From the NCBI GenBank assembly GCA_945859975.1, contig CAMAPH010000009.1:14598-78597 (forward strand): a stretch of DNA of 64,000 nucleotides. The letters run 5' to 3'. The notes under the pieces are model-generated. The model made no database searches. It saw only the letters and a list, made by a program, of their open reading frames with translations, and had not been told where the DNA came from. This document shows, piece after piece, positions 35,802-46,306 of the stretch (position 1 is its first letter; every line of letters starts with the position of its first letter). The DNA is from Chthonomonas calidirosea. GTDB taxonomy: Bacteria; Armatimonadota; Fimbriimonadia; Fimbriimonadales; Fimbriimonadaceae. Both the position numbers and the translations under genes were made by a program.

Positions 35802-38261
35802 TCAGTCATCAAATACGACGCGTACTTTGGTCGGACCATAAAGATCGGCTTCTTCGAAGTCAAACACCGCGTAGTTCTGCTCGTTGATCAGCTCCACTTC
35901 AAAGTCACGCTCGGTCCCGTTCACAAACACTCGCGCTGAATCGTCTTCGACCGGGATTCGCAAAGTCATGTCGTGCCCAGAGGTCGTGATCAAAAGCTCT
36001 TGACCATCTTCCGCTCGCGTCCATTGGTACGAAACGTAGCCTTGACTCGCCGGATAGCAGATACAGACCTGAGCGTCCTCGGCTTCCGTCAGGTCCCATC
36101 GCGGCGACACCTCGGTGGTATGAAGCGCCGTTGAAGTGTCTACAACCCCGGCAAGCCCTTCGACCAGGGCGTACATCACGGCCGCCGCTCCCCAGCCGTT
36201 CGGGATGCCGTACGAAACCTCGCTCGGCGGGATGAAACCAGGCTGATGCGCCACGGTCGCCGCCAACACCGCCCAGATCGCTCCATCCTTCGCGGCATCG
36301 AGCCGCACCGATTTCACTCGCTTCTCTGGCGCTGGGTTATCGAAGTACCCCATCGAAACTCCGACGTTCAGACACTTGGGATTTGCCCCTGTCCAAACGA
36401 AATCGGCTCGCCGAGTGCCCGTGCCCTTCGGCTTTTCGGGCATCCACCAATGCAGAACAGACTCTCCGACGACGACGTATTGGGTGCTTTCAGTGCCGTC
36501 CTCGTAGCACCAAGTAACCGTTCCGGCAAGGTTCGCGGTACCCGGTTTCGAGACGAGGTGCATCAAGTAAAGCGACGCTACGAGCTCATCGACATCAAAC
36601 TCGGCCGAACGAGCATAAGCGCCCTGGCTAGACAGCAAAACCGCCGCGTTTCCGTCGTTTTCGGCAGGGTCGATGACCTCGAGCGGCACGCCAAAACCGT
36701 CGTGTGTGCCCGGCTGGAGCGCCCGAAGGTCGTTATCCTCCTCCGAAGTCCAAGGGATCGAGACGCTCGCGTCTGATCTCAAAGAAGCATTGACGATTCC
36801 CGTCAAATCTAACGGTGCGAACTCGGTCTCTGGACGCTCGATCGTTGCGCCAACGTAGCTGCAATGCAAGATGGGCTCGTCTGGTTCGCCGAGGGTCGCC
36901 ACCCGCTGAAGGATGTCGATTCCGTAAGTCTCGTGCCCCGCGTTCATCGCCCCTCGTGCGAGCTCGCCCGCGACAATCGGGGTGACGCTACCGTTCATGT
37001 ATTGCCATTTATCGCAATGGCTACCAAAGCCGTTTTCGAACGGCGGGAAGATCGTGTACCACTCGCCCGGACTTCCCTCTGGGGCCGCTTGATAGATTGC
37101 TTTGTAAGTTCCGATGATGCTTTGAATCTGGTCCGGATCGAGGTTCCGATTGATCGAATACGCATTCGATAATGAGACCTGCGAAGATTCGTTGACCCCA
37201 AGCTCTGGCCTCGGCTTTTCGTCCTCAGCAACAAAATGCCGGAAGAAGTGCTCCTGCCACGAGACTTCGCGCAATCGAATGCGAATCTGTTTTGCTCGCT
37301 TGGAATGTTCGTTCGCCGAACGCTCGTTCCCGAGCGCTTCGTACATTTCCGCAAGCTGGTCGTGCGCTACCGCGAGCCCGGTGTTGTCGCCAAACATCAC
37401 GCCAAAGCGGGTCTTTTCTGGATCGATTCGCATCGCGTCGCAGGCAACGACGGAATCAAACGAGTTCTGAAAATCCCAGGTGTCAATCGTATAGCCGCGC
37501 TTAACGAGCTTGTACTTGTTCGACCACCGAACGTTGCTGGTGCGAACGTAGCCGATCGCCTTTTCCGCGGACTCCAGGAAGCTCGCCATCCAGCCGTCGT
37601 CGCCCGTAGCCTTCCAAGTCGCGTAAATGCCTTCGACGTAGAGGTACTCAACGTCCGCCTCCACCGGGATTCGCTTCATCTCGAAGGCACGGTCTTTGAA
37701 AGGTCGGATGTAGTCGCCGTCCGAAAACCGCATGTCCCAAAAGTTCGGCCAACTCGTCCGCGGATAGCAGTTGTCGAAGATCATCCCATCTTCTCTCTGG
37801 GTATCTCGAAAAAGCTCAAGAGCGCCCTTCAGAGATGTTTCGAAGTACTTCATGCCCTTCAGCACGTGCACGTGATCGCGCAGCCAGCAAACAAAAAATC
37901 GGTAGGTTTTTGGATTGCCAATTGAGCCAGCGAGATCCACGATTGATCGCTCCATCGGTTCGCTCGTCATGGTGAAAAGCAATCGCTGGAACAGCCGCTC
38001 GAACTCTTGGGTCGATTCGTAGATCTTTGTTTTGGGTTCCAGCCGGAACCGAATATCGACCTCGCCGTCCTCGTCGGAGATGCGATGTTCACCCGCAACA
38101 CCGCCCGTGATGATCGATTCTCCTGGCAAAACGGAGCCATAGGGGTTATCGAACGCCTCAAAAACCGTGAGCGCGCCGCCATCCCGGAGGTCATGAACGA
38201 TGGTGTCCAGCGGCTCCAAAATGCAGTATCGATCGACGAGCTCAGTGAGTTTGTATTGCAT
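35802..38261 (-). CDS. Putative six-hairpin glycosidase with an inserted beta-sandwich
   Basis: WLRDH, RIPVEADVEY, YTIDTWDF and YMNG motifs, C-terminal beta domain; divergent from two GH78 genes. Confidence 0.65.
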   Translation of the reverse strand: MQYKLTELVDRYCILEPLDTIVHDLRDGGALTVFEAFDNPYGSVLPGESIITGGVAGEHRISDEDGEVDIRFRLEPKTKIYESTQEFERLFQRLLFTMTSEPMERSIVDLAGSIGNPKTYRFFVCWLRDHVHVLKGMKYFETSLKGALELFRDTQREDGMIFDNCYPRTSWPNFWDMRFSDGDYIRPFKDRAFEMKRIPVEADVEYLYVEGIYATWKATGDDGWMASFLESAEKAIGYVRTSNVRWSNKYKLVKRGYTIDTWDFQNSFDSVVACDAMRIDPEKTRFGVMFGDNTGLAVAHDQLAEMYEALGNERSANEHSKRAKQIRIRLREVSWQEHFFRHFVAEDEKPRPELGVNESSQVSLSNAYSINRNLDPDQIQSIIGTYKAIYQAAPEGSPGEWYTIFPPFENGFGSHCDKWQYMNGSVTPIVAGELARGAMNAGHETYGIDILQRVATLGEPDEPILHCSYVGATIERPETEFAPLDLTGIVNASLRSDASVSIPWTSEEDNDLRALQPGTHDGFGVPLEVIDPAENDGNAAVLLSSQGAYARSAEFDVDELVASLYLMHLVSKPGTANLAGTVTWCYEDGTESTQYVVVGESVLHWWMPEKPKGTGTRRADFVWTGANPKCLNVGVSMGYFDNPAPEKRVKSVRLDAAKDGAIWAVLAATVAHQPGFIPPSEVSYGIPNGWGAAAVMYALVEGLAGVVDTSTALHTTEVSPRWDLTEAEDAQVCICYPASQGYVSYQWTRAEDGQELLITTSGHDMTLRIPVEDDSARVFVNGTERDFEVELINEQNYAVFDFEEADLYGPTKVRVVFDD

Positions 38262-38401
38262 TTTTCAACCCGCCAGACTTCAAAAATCTGGGCGTTTCTC
38301 TCGGCTCAGCATACTACTCGGTCTCCCATAGCGCGGCGATCGTCAGGCGGAGAAAAGCTCCAAGGCACCAAGTTCGCTCGTTTAGCTATGCTTGCGACGC
38401 A

Positions 38402-40765
38402 ATGGCAAATATCGCGACGGCGCGACGGTTACTTTTGACCTCTGACCCATTCGGACTTCGGCGTGAAGCAGGCTGGAACCGAGAAGGTGTTTGGCCCGCC
38501 AACTGGATTTCGCATCCGAAGATCAAGCAAGGGCCAATCGTGATCGAGTACTCCCTGAAAGTTGATTTCACCGATAAAGCGATCCTAAACTTGCACGTCA
38601 CCGGAGACGATCGCTACGAGCTGTACCTTGATGGCGAACTCGTGGGCCGGGGCCCAGAGCGCGGAGACGAGGACCACTGGGCTTTCGAAACCTATCAGGC
38701 AAACTTTGAAGCCGGAACGCACACGATCTCGGCTTTGGTTTGGTCGGCGGGAGAAACAAAAGCCTATGCACAGCACTCCATTTGCCACGGCTTTCTCCTT
38801 GCAACCGAAGACCCTTCTTTCAACGAGCGCATCAATACCGGTAAGGCCGACTGGCAAGCGGTAATCCGTCCCGAGTTCGAGTTTAAGCCTCCCCAAGCGG
38901 CTTGGGGAACGGGAGACCGAATCCGATTCCGAGCCTCAATGCGCGATCGTGCCGAATGGCAAAAAGCTGAGTCCATCCATCCCGGCTTAATGAACGTCGC
39001 CGAGAGTGAGTTTGACCGGATCCACTTGCTTCGCCCGGCAACCCTGCCGGCCATGTACGAGGACAAGTGGTCGAAGACAACCGTCAGACATGCACGAGAG
39101 GTTCCCGCCGGTCCAACTCACCCTGTTCCGGTGCGCCAGGCAGAGTCATCTGCCGCATGGACGGAGAAGTTCTCCCAGCTGTTGGCTGGCACTTCCATGC
39201 AGGTCCCGCCGAACACCCGGGTCCGCGCGATCCTTGACCTGAACGATTACGTCTGTGCGCGACATTGGATCGGCTGGAACGGCAAAGGATCCGTTCGATT
39301 GAACTGGCAAGAAGCCTTGTTCGTGAAGGACGAAGCCATGAGCAAAGGCAATCGCGACGACATCGAAGGCAAGCACTTCTCGACCATTTGGTCCTGGGAA
39401 GATGGCATTGGCGATGAAGTGATCGCCGAGTTCGTCGGCCAGTTCCGTAGTCTCTGGTGGCACGCAGGTCGGTACGTTGAAGTCGTTATTGAGACCGAAG
39501 CTGAGCCGCTGACCCTGACCGGGCTCGGATTCATCGAAACGCATTATCCGTACGAGTTCAGCTCCACGTTCAAATCCAGCGATCCAGACCTGGCAGACAT
39601 CCACCGAATCGGCATCCGTACGTTGGAAATGTGCTCGCACGAGACGTACATGGACTGCCCGTACTACGAGCAGTTGCAATACGCGGGCGACACGAGGCTG
39701 CAAGTTCTCGCGACTTACACTCTTGGACAAGACCGTCGTTTGCCGCAGCAAGCCCTGCGTGCGTTCGACGAATCCCGGCGAAATCGCGGCATCACCCACT
39801 CGCGGTACCCGAGTCGTGTGCGACAAGTGATCCCACCCTTCTCGCTTTGGTGGATTTGCATGCTCCACGACGCGATGCTGTACGGCGACAATTTTGCAGA
39901 TGTAAAGAAGCACCTGCCCGGAGCAAGAATCGTCTTGGACTACTTTGCTCAGTTCGTGAACGACGATGGTTTACTCACGCCGCCACCCGGTTGGAACTAC
40001 ATCGATTGGGTGCCAGGCTGGCGAAACGGAATGCCGCCGACAAGCGCAGAGAATCCAACCGCACCGCTCAACCTTCAGTACCTGTTAGCCCTGAAGGCAA
40101 TGTCTGAGCTTGAAGCGCAAGCTGGAGAACCGTTGCTCGAGACCCGCCTTGGCGTTAAAACCGAGCGCTTGAGCACTGCCATTCGCAAGTCGTTCTGGGA
40201 TAGCAAGCTCGGCATTCTTTCCGATGACCTCGGTCACCAGCACCGGAGCGAGCACTCGCAGGCGCTCGGACTCATCGCGGGAGTGCTAACTCAAGATGAG
40301 GCAAGCAACGCGCTGAAACAACCAGGCCTAGAGAAGACCACCATCTACTTCACCCATTACTTGTTTGAGGCGTTCTATGCCCTTGGCGATGGTGACGCCA
40401 TCCTGAACCGACTCGATCTCTGGCGCGGTCTAGTCAAAAATGGGCTCAAAACGACCATTGAAATGCCGGAGCCGACGCGCTCCGACTGCCATGCCTGGGG
40501 AGCGCACCCGATCTATCACACCTACGCGAGTTTGCTCGGGATTCGTCCGACAGACGCCAACTTTAGCCGCGTGCAAATCAATCCCGCGTTGTCCTCGCTA
40601 AAGGAACTCTCCGGCACTCTCGTCACCCCTCGCGGAAACATCATCGCCTCCATCAACGGAAAGGTATTGGACGTGTCGTTGCCAGATGGCTTGCCGGCAA
40701 CGATCATTTTCGGCAAGCGAACGATTAACGTAACGGGTGGCAACCACCGACTAGAGCGTGACTAA
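38402..40765 (+). CDS. Alpha-L-rhamnosidase-like protein (GH78)
   Basis: ETYMDCPYYEQLQYAGD and RSDCHAWGAHP motifs. Confidence 0.88.
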   Translation: MANIATARRLLLTSDPFGLRREAGWNREGVWPANWISHPKIKQGPIVIEYSLKVDFTDKAILNLHVTGDDRYELYLDGELVGRGPERGDEDHWAFETYQANFEAGTHTISALVWSAGETKAYAQHSICHGFLLATEDPSFNERINTGKADWQAVIRPEFEFKPPQAAWGTGDRIRFRASMRDRAEWQKAESIHPGLMNVAESEFDRIHLLRPATLPAMYEDKWSKTTVRHAREVPAGPTHPVPVRQAESSAAWTEKFSQLLAGTSMQVPPNTRVRAILDLNDYVCARHWIGWNGKGSVRLNWQEALFVKDEAMSKGNRDDIEGKHFSTIWSWEDGIGDEVIAEFVGQFRSLWWHAGRYVEVVIETEAEPLTLTGLGFIETHYPYEFSSTFKSSDPDLADIHRIGIRTLEMCSHETYMDCPYYEQLQYAGDTRLQVLATYTLGQDRRLPQQALRAFDESRRNRGITHSRYPSRVRQVIPPFSLWWICMLHDAMLYGDNFADVKKHLPGARIVLDYFAQFVNDDGLLTPPPGWNYIDWVPGWRNGMPPTSAENPTAPLNLQYLLALKAMSELEAQAGEPLLETRLGVKTERLSTAIRKSFWDSKLGILSDDLGHQHRSEHSQALGLIAGVLTQDEASNALKQPGLEKTTIYFTHYLFEAFYALGDGDAILNRLDLWRGLVKNGLKTTIEMPEPTRSDCHAWGAHPIYHTYASLLGIRPTDANFSRVQINPALSSLKELSGTLVTPRGNIIASINGKVLDVSLPDGLPATIIFGKRTINVTGGNHRLERD

Positions 40766-40772
40766 CAGAAAG

Positions 40773-43361
40773 ATGAGCACCTTCCAAATCTCAAAAGTTC
40801 AAACCGAATACACGACCGAGCCGCTCGGCATCAGCGAGCCTTCGCCACGCTTCACCTGGCGAATCGAAACCGACGTCGAGAATTGGCTCCAGGAAGCTTG
40901 CCAAGTTCGCGTCACGCTTGAAGACGGCAGTGAGGTCTGGGACTCCGGGCAACTCGCCCAGGCCGATCAACGTGTTGAGTATCGCGGCCCGGCTCTGCTT
41001 TCGGCGACACGCTACCTGCTCGCGGTCACCGTGATTACCGCTGGAAACGCTGAAACATCCCAGGCAACTTGGTTTGAAACTGGACTGTTGGATCCCGCCG
41101 AGTGGAAGGCGGACTGGATTCAAGGCCGATTGGTCGGTGGTCGACGAGCCATGGTTCCGGCTCCTTACTTCCGGCGCTCGTTTGCGGTGGAGTCCAAGGT
41201 CGTTCGAGCCCGACTATACATCACGGCCCTTGGTGTGATGGACCCGAGCCTGAATGGCCATTTGATAGGAACTGACGAGCTCAGCCCGGGCTGGACGGAC
41301 TATCGAAAGCGCGTCCGGTATGTCACTTACGACGTCACCGAACACCTGCAGCATGGCGAGAACGTGCTCGGTGTCGCGTTGGGCGACGGCTGGTACGCCG
41401 GCAACGTCGAATGGCGTGGGCGGCAGCTCTACGGCGACCGACCGGCCCTATTGGCCCAGCTTGTTGTCGAAACCGAAGACGGCCGAGTTGAAGTCGTCAC
41501 CAACGGAGATTGGCAACACAACTACGGTCCGATCGTTCAGGCCGACATCCTGATGGGTGAGCACCACGACTACCGATTGAGCTTCCCCGGCTGGGATGCG
41601 CCAGGATTTGATGCCAGCAACTGGCTCCCGGTCGAAACCGTCGAGCCAAATGTCGGCGCGCTTTTGGCTTACAACTGTCCGCCGATTCAGGCAGTTGAAA
41701 CTTTGCAGCCAGTGAGCGTGAAGCGAATCCCAACTTGGCCGTCTGACATCTACTTGGTCGACTTCGGCCAGAACCTCGTTGGCCGAGTGCGGTTGAAAGT
41801 TTCTGGAAAACGTGGCCACACGATTCGAATTCGCTTTGGGGAAAAGCTAGACAATAACGGAAATCTCTACACGGAGAACCTTCGATCCGCGACTCAGACC
41901 GACTTTGTCACCGTGAGCGGTGACGGGGTGGAAATCTTCGAGCCGAAGTTCACTTTCCACGGTTTCCAATACGCCGAAATCCAGAACTTTCCCGGCGAGT
42001 TTTCCACCGAGAACATTGAAGCGGTGGTCCTGCACACCGACTACGAAATGCCCGGTGACTTCACTTGTTCCGATGCCCTCCTCACGCAGTTGTGGAAAAA
42101 CATCCGCTGGGGCTGGCGCGGGAACAGCGTGGATGTGCCGACCGACTGCCCGCAGCGGGACGAGCGCCTTGGCTGGACCGGCGACGCCCAGGTGTTTGTC
42201 CGGACCGCCATGACCATTGCGAACACGCAAACCTTCTGGGAGAAGTACCAACTCGATCTCGCCGATAGCCAAAGCCCCCAGGGCAAGATCCCGCCGACAG
42301 CGCCAGATACGGCGATCTTTGAGGACTCGGATGGCGGCCCAGCATGGTCTGACGCCTTGCTGATCTGCCCTTGGACGGTCTACGAAACCACCGGCGACGC
42401 GAGAATTCTGGAGCGGCACTTTGCGAGTTTCGAGACTTACTTCCGCTCCTTAGATCGCGCGGCAATCGATGACATTCGTAGCCATCCGAACCAGCCCGGA
42501 TTCCTTGGATTTGGCGACTGGCTCAGCATCAATGCGGACACGCCCATCGAGCTTATCGGGACGGCGTTCTATGCTCGCAGCGCCGACCTAATGGCGAAAA
42601 TTTGTCGAGTTATCGGACGGGAGGACCGGGTGGACCACTACGAAACCCGCTTCCGCGAGATTCGCGAGGCTTTCTTGCGCCGGTTCGTTACCGCCGATGG
42701 ATTTATCCTGAGCGGCACTCAGACGGCTTATGTGCTTGCCCTCCATTTCGACCTGCTGCCGGAAGATCTGCACGCCGCGGCCGTCGAAGCATTGGTCACG
42801 GATATCGGCAAACGCGGCTACAAACTCAGCACCGGATTCGTCGGCTCGCCGTACCTCAACCACGTTCTGCTAAACAACGGACGCGCCGACGTGGCGTTCA
42901 AACTGCTGCACCAAACCCAGTGGCCCAGTTGGCTTTATGCCGTCACTCAAGGCGCAACCACAATCTGGGAGCGTTGGGACGGCTGGACGCACGACAAGGG
43001 ATTCCAGGACAAGGGCATGAACAGCTTCAACCACTATGCCTACGGTGCGATTGGTGATTGGATGATGCAGAAACTCGCCGGAATCGACCTGGCCGCTCCT
43101 GGCTTCTCAAAGCTGCGCCTGCAACCGCATCTTGGCGGAAACTTGACCTCGGTCAGCGCATCGCAAGATACGCCGTTTGGACTGGTGCATTCAAGCTGGG
43201 AAGTCTCCGAAGGGACGTTTACTTGGAGCTTCGTTGTGCCACCAAACACAACGGCAGAGATTCATCCACCCGCCAACGATGGAACTTTGAACGGCGAGCC
43301 ATTCAATGGCCAAGAAGTCGGATCGGGAAGCTACACCTTTGTAGGTTCAGTGCTTAGTTGA
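40773..43361 (+). CDS. Alpha-L-rhamnosidase (GH78)
   Basis: PGWTDY, DFGQN, FTFHGFQY, PTDCPQRDERLGWTGD, ATTIWERW and MNSFNHYAYG motifs. Confidence 0.95.
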   Translation: MSTFQISKVQTEYTTEPLGISEPSPRFTWRIETDVENWLQEACQVRVTLEDGSEVWDSGQLAQADQRVEYRGPALLSATRYLLAVTVITAGNAETSQATWFETGLLDPAEWKADWIQGRLVGGRRAMVPAPYFRRSFAVESKVVRARLYITALGVMDPSLNGHLIGTDELSPGWTDYRKRVRYVTYDVTEHLQHGENVLGVALGDGWYAGNVEWRGRQLYGDRPALLAQLVVETEDGRVEVVTNGDWQHNYGPIVQADILMGEHHDYRLSFPGWDAPGFDASNWLPVETVEPNVGALLAYNCPPIQAVETLQPVSVKRIPTWPSDIYLVDFGQNLVGRVRLKVSGKRGHTIRIRFGEKLDNNGNLYTENLRSATQTDFVTVSGDGVEIFEPKFTFHGFQYAEIQNFPGEFSTENIEAVVLHTDYEMPGDFTCSDALLTQLWKNIRWGWRGNSVDVPTDCPQRDERLGWTGDAQVFVRTAMTIANTQTFWEKYQLDLADSQSPQGKIPPTAPDTAIFEDSDGGPAWSDALLICPWTVYETTGDARILERHFASFETYFRSLDRAAIDDIRSHPNQPGFLGFGDWLSINADTPIELIGTAFYARSADLMAKICRVIGREDRVDHYETRFREIREAFLRRFVTADGFILSGTQTAYVLALHFDLLPEDLHAAAVEALVTDIGKRGYKLSTGFVGSPYLNHVLLNNGRADVAFKLLHQTQWPSWLYAVTQGATTIWERWDGWTHDKGFQDKGMNSFNHYAYGAIGDWMMQKLAGIDLAAPGFSKLRLQPHLGGNLTSVSASQDTPFGLVHSSWEVSEGTFTWSFVVPPNTTAEIHPPANDGTLNGEPFNGQEVGSGSYTFVGSVLS

Positions 43362-44445
43362 GCACGTCGCGATAAACGACTTCAAATCGCTTGACCATCT
43401 CGGTGAGCGTGAACATTTGGCGGACGACATTCTGTCCAGTCCGCCCCATTCGTTCACGCTCATCCTCGTTTTCCAGCAAGTAGTGAATGGCTTCGGCGAT
43501 GCTGGACGGTCGTAGGTCAACCAGCAAACCGGTCTGTTTGTGCTGAACAACCTCGGGCAATGCTCCAATTCGAGTTGCGACGACCGCACGTCGCCGGGCC
43601 ATGGCCTCGATTGCCGCGACGCCAAAGGTTTCCATCACGCTTGGCAGCGTGCTGATCGTCATTGCGTCCAAAAGGCTTGGAATATCGTGTCGAACTCCGG
43701 TCAAGGTCGCGTGATCTCGCAGACCAGAATCGTCGATTGCGGCGTGAACCTCGGCCTGAACGCTTTCTTCTACCTTTCCGACAAACAGGACATGTGCGTC
43801 CGGATGGTCTTGCCGAACTTGCTTCATCGCGCTGATCAGTTCGAGTTGTCCTTTATCCCGACAAACTTTCCCCACGAGGCCAATCACTTTTCGGTCGGTT
43901 GGGATGCCTAGGCCAGCCAGAACTTCATTCCGATCTGCCGGGGCGAAGTCAATAAAGTCTGTACCGTTATATACGGTCCGCACGAAGCGCTCCGGAATGC
44001 CATTTCCGCGCAACATTCCGGCAACGTAGTTGCTCACCGCGACCAAGCGATTGTTGCGATGGGCTAGGCGCCGATAAATCTGGTCGTTGTTGGCGATGTG
44101 AACGCTCGTGACGATCGGAACCCGCGTCAACAAGCCCAGAGCGTGGCCAATATAGGCCGCGCGCGTGAGGTGGGTGTGAACTAGCTGAATGTCGTTTCGC
44201 CGAATTTCGCGGACCAGGCCGGTCATGGTTTGCAGCCAGCCGAAGCCCTTCATCCGGCTTTCCATCACCGGGATGCCGCTTGAGCGCAATGCCCCGGGCA
44301 ACCACCCGCCGCCGGGCGTTACGACCTGAACGTGATGGTCATTCTGCTGCAGGAGATTTGAGAGCGATGAGACGTGCCGCTCCGCACCGGAGGTTGCGCT
44401 GCTTGAGATAAGTTGCAGGACTCTCAACTGGCCGTCGTTGCTCAA
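43354..44445 (-). CDS. Glycosyltransferase family 4
   Basis: SGAERH, VHTH, VS, VYNG and ETFGVAAIEAMA motifs. Confidence 0.92.
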   Translation of the reverse strand: MSNDGQLRVLQLISSSATSGAERHVSSLSNLLQQNDHHVQVVTPGGGWLPGALRSSGIPVMESRMKGFGWLQTMTGLVREIRRNDIQLVHTHLTRAAYIGHALGLLTRVPIVTSVHIANNDQIYRRLAHRNNRLVAVSNYVAGMLRGNGIPERFVRTVYNGTDFIDFAPADRNEVLAGLGIPTDRKVIGLVGKVCRDKGQLELISAMKQVRQDHPDAHVLFVGKVEESVQAEVHAAIDDSGLRDHATLTGVRHDIPSLLDAMTISTLPSVMETFGVAAIEAMARRRAVVATRIGALPEVVQHKQTGLLVDLRPSSIAEAIHYLLENEDERERMGRTGQNVVRQMFTLTEMVKRFEVVYRDVLN

Positions 44446-44514
44446 ATTTTCCGTTCCTTGTTACCACGAACCGTAATCCAGCGAGGATACCTTTCAAGGT
44501 TCATACTATGATTC

Positions 44515-45828
44515 ATGGAATCATCCTCCAACTCTGGGCTACCAAAGCCGGGTTGGAAGGCCAAACTAGCTGGCAATCCGCTGGCTCAAGTCTTTTCCAT
44601 TAGAGACTTCCGACTGCTCTGGATCGGTGCATTTTTTAGTTTCACCGGCAGTTGGGTTCAAAACGTTTGTCAGGGCTACCTGATTTACGAGATGACCAAG
44701 GACGAGTCGAAGCTGGCGTACGTCAGCGCGGCGAACTCGATTCCCTTCTTTCTCTTCGGCCTTGCGGCTGGATCGCTGGTTGACACCCGGGATAAGCGAC
44801 ACATCCTCATCGGGGCTCAGATTCTATTTGCCTGTGCCTCACTCTACATGGCGGCGGCAACGCATTTTCGCTTCGTTTCCTACGAGCAAGTCATTCTCGT
44901 TTCCTTTATGCTGGGCACGATTGCGTGCGTCGAAGCTCCAACCCGCCAGAGCGTCGTGAGCCGGGTAGTTCCGGTGGAGTTTCTCTCCGCTGCGATTCCG
45001 ATCCAGGCGATGACGTTCAACACCGCCCGCATCATTGGTCCGGCGATCGGCGGTGTGTTGCTGGCCAACGTTGGAGTGCCAGTTGGCTACCTCGTGAACG
45101 CGCTGACCTTCATGGCATTGATCGGCTGCGTGGCGGCCATGAGAGCCGACCTCTCTCCGGCAACCACAGAGCGGGTGCCTTTCCTCACCTTGATCAAGGA
45201 AGGAATCAAGTACACCTGGAACGAGCGGAGATTGCGAACCTTGCTGATCATGGAGAGCGTCACCGCTCTGTTCGGCATCTTCTACATCCCGATGATGCCG
45301 GCTTACATCGACCAGGTGCTCAAGATTCCGCACGAGACCCCGGCAGGCAAACTGGCCATTGGCAACGCCTATACCGCCATCGGCGTCGGGGCGCTTTGCA
45401 CTTTGCTGCTCATGACGCAAATCACAGATGCCAAGCGCAAAGGTCGCTTCATCACGGTCGGAATGGCGGTGAGCGGATTGGTGCTGTGGGTCCTCGCCAG
45501 TGCTCAAAACCCTTGGCTAGCGTTCCCTTTGATGTCCGTGATCGGCGCATGCACCGTATTGCAGTTCAACACGACGAATGCCCTATTTCAAACCATTGCC
45601 CCGGAGCACTTACGCGGCCGAGCTCTTTCCGCCCACATTTGGGCGCTCAACGGGCTCTCCCCGTTCGGGGTCGCGATTCTTGGCACCGTTGCCCGACAGT
45701 CGAGAGATTCCAGCTTTGGCGTCTTTGGATCGGGGATTCCGCTCGCCATGCACATCGGCGCTTGTCTCATGATTTGTGGTGCGCTATTTGGGTTCGCAAA
45801 TCGCGGCGTCCTGCGAGACCTAACCTAA
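44515..45828 (+). CDS. MFS transporter (MFS_3/DHA3-like)
   Basis: RDFRLLW, FSFTGSWVQ and FNTARIIGPAIGG motifs; about 12 hydrophobic segments. Confidence 0.92.
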   Translation: MESSSNSGLPKPGWKAKLAGNPLAQVFSIRDFRLLWIGAFFSFTGSWVQNVCQGYLIYEMTKDESKLAYVSAANSIPFFLFGLAAGSLVDTRDKRHILIGAQILFACASLYMAAATHFRFVSYEQVILVSFMLGTIACVEAPTRQSVVSRVVPVEFLSAAIPIQAMTFNTARIIGPAIGGVLLANVGVPVGYLVNALTFMALIGCVAAMRADLSPATTERVPFLTLIKEGIKYTWNERRLRTLLIMESVTALFGIFYIPMMPAYIDQVLKIPHETPAGKLAIGNAYTAIGVGALCTLLLMTQITDAKRKGRFITVGMAVSGLVLWVLASAQNPWLAFPLMSVIGACTVLQFNTTNALFQTIAPEHLRGRALSAHIWALNGLSPFGVAILGTVARQSRDSSFGVFGSGIPLAMHIGACLMICGALFGFANRGVLRDLT

Positions 45829-45868
45829 GTCATCCCCGGAAGCAGGGCTGGTCAAGTAATATTTCTCC

Positions 45869-46306
45869 ATGGGAAGTCGCGAGGTCGAAGAGTGGCTGTG
45901 GATCACCAGCCGAGACCTTGACCGTGCCACCGACGAAGTGACTTCTAGCCGCCCCCGGCTGGCCGGGAGTCGTTACTGGCAACCACGCGTAGACGTGCTC
46001 GAAGAAGCGCACCGATTCCTCATCAAAGCCGAACTCCCCGGCGTCCGCTCAGAAGACATTCAACTTGCCTATGCCCCGGAGCGAAATGCAGTCGTGCTCC
46101 ACGGAGTACGCAACGAAGACTTCAGCGATGGCGACCGAATTGGCATTCATCAACTTGAAATCCTCTATGGAGAGTTTCACCGCGAAATCACCTTGCCCGG
46201 AGGAGCGATCGACTCCCAAGGAATTCGCGCCCAATATCGGAATGGCTTTCTGCTCATCATGATCCCGAAGATGGAACGCCTGACCGTCACGATTAATCGA
46301 ATCTAA
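45869..46306 (+). CDS. Hsp20/alpha-crystallin family protein
   Basis: WQPRVDV, AELPGV, YGEFHR and AQYRNGFLLIMIPK motifs. Confidence 0.92.
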   Translation: MGSREVEEWLWITSRDLDRATDEVTSSRPRLAGSRYWQPRVDVLEEAHRFLIKAELPGVRSEDIQLAYAPERNAVVLHGVRNEDFSDGDRIGIHQLEILYGEFHREITLPGGAIDSQGIRAQYRNGFLLIMIPKMERLTVTINRI

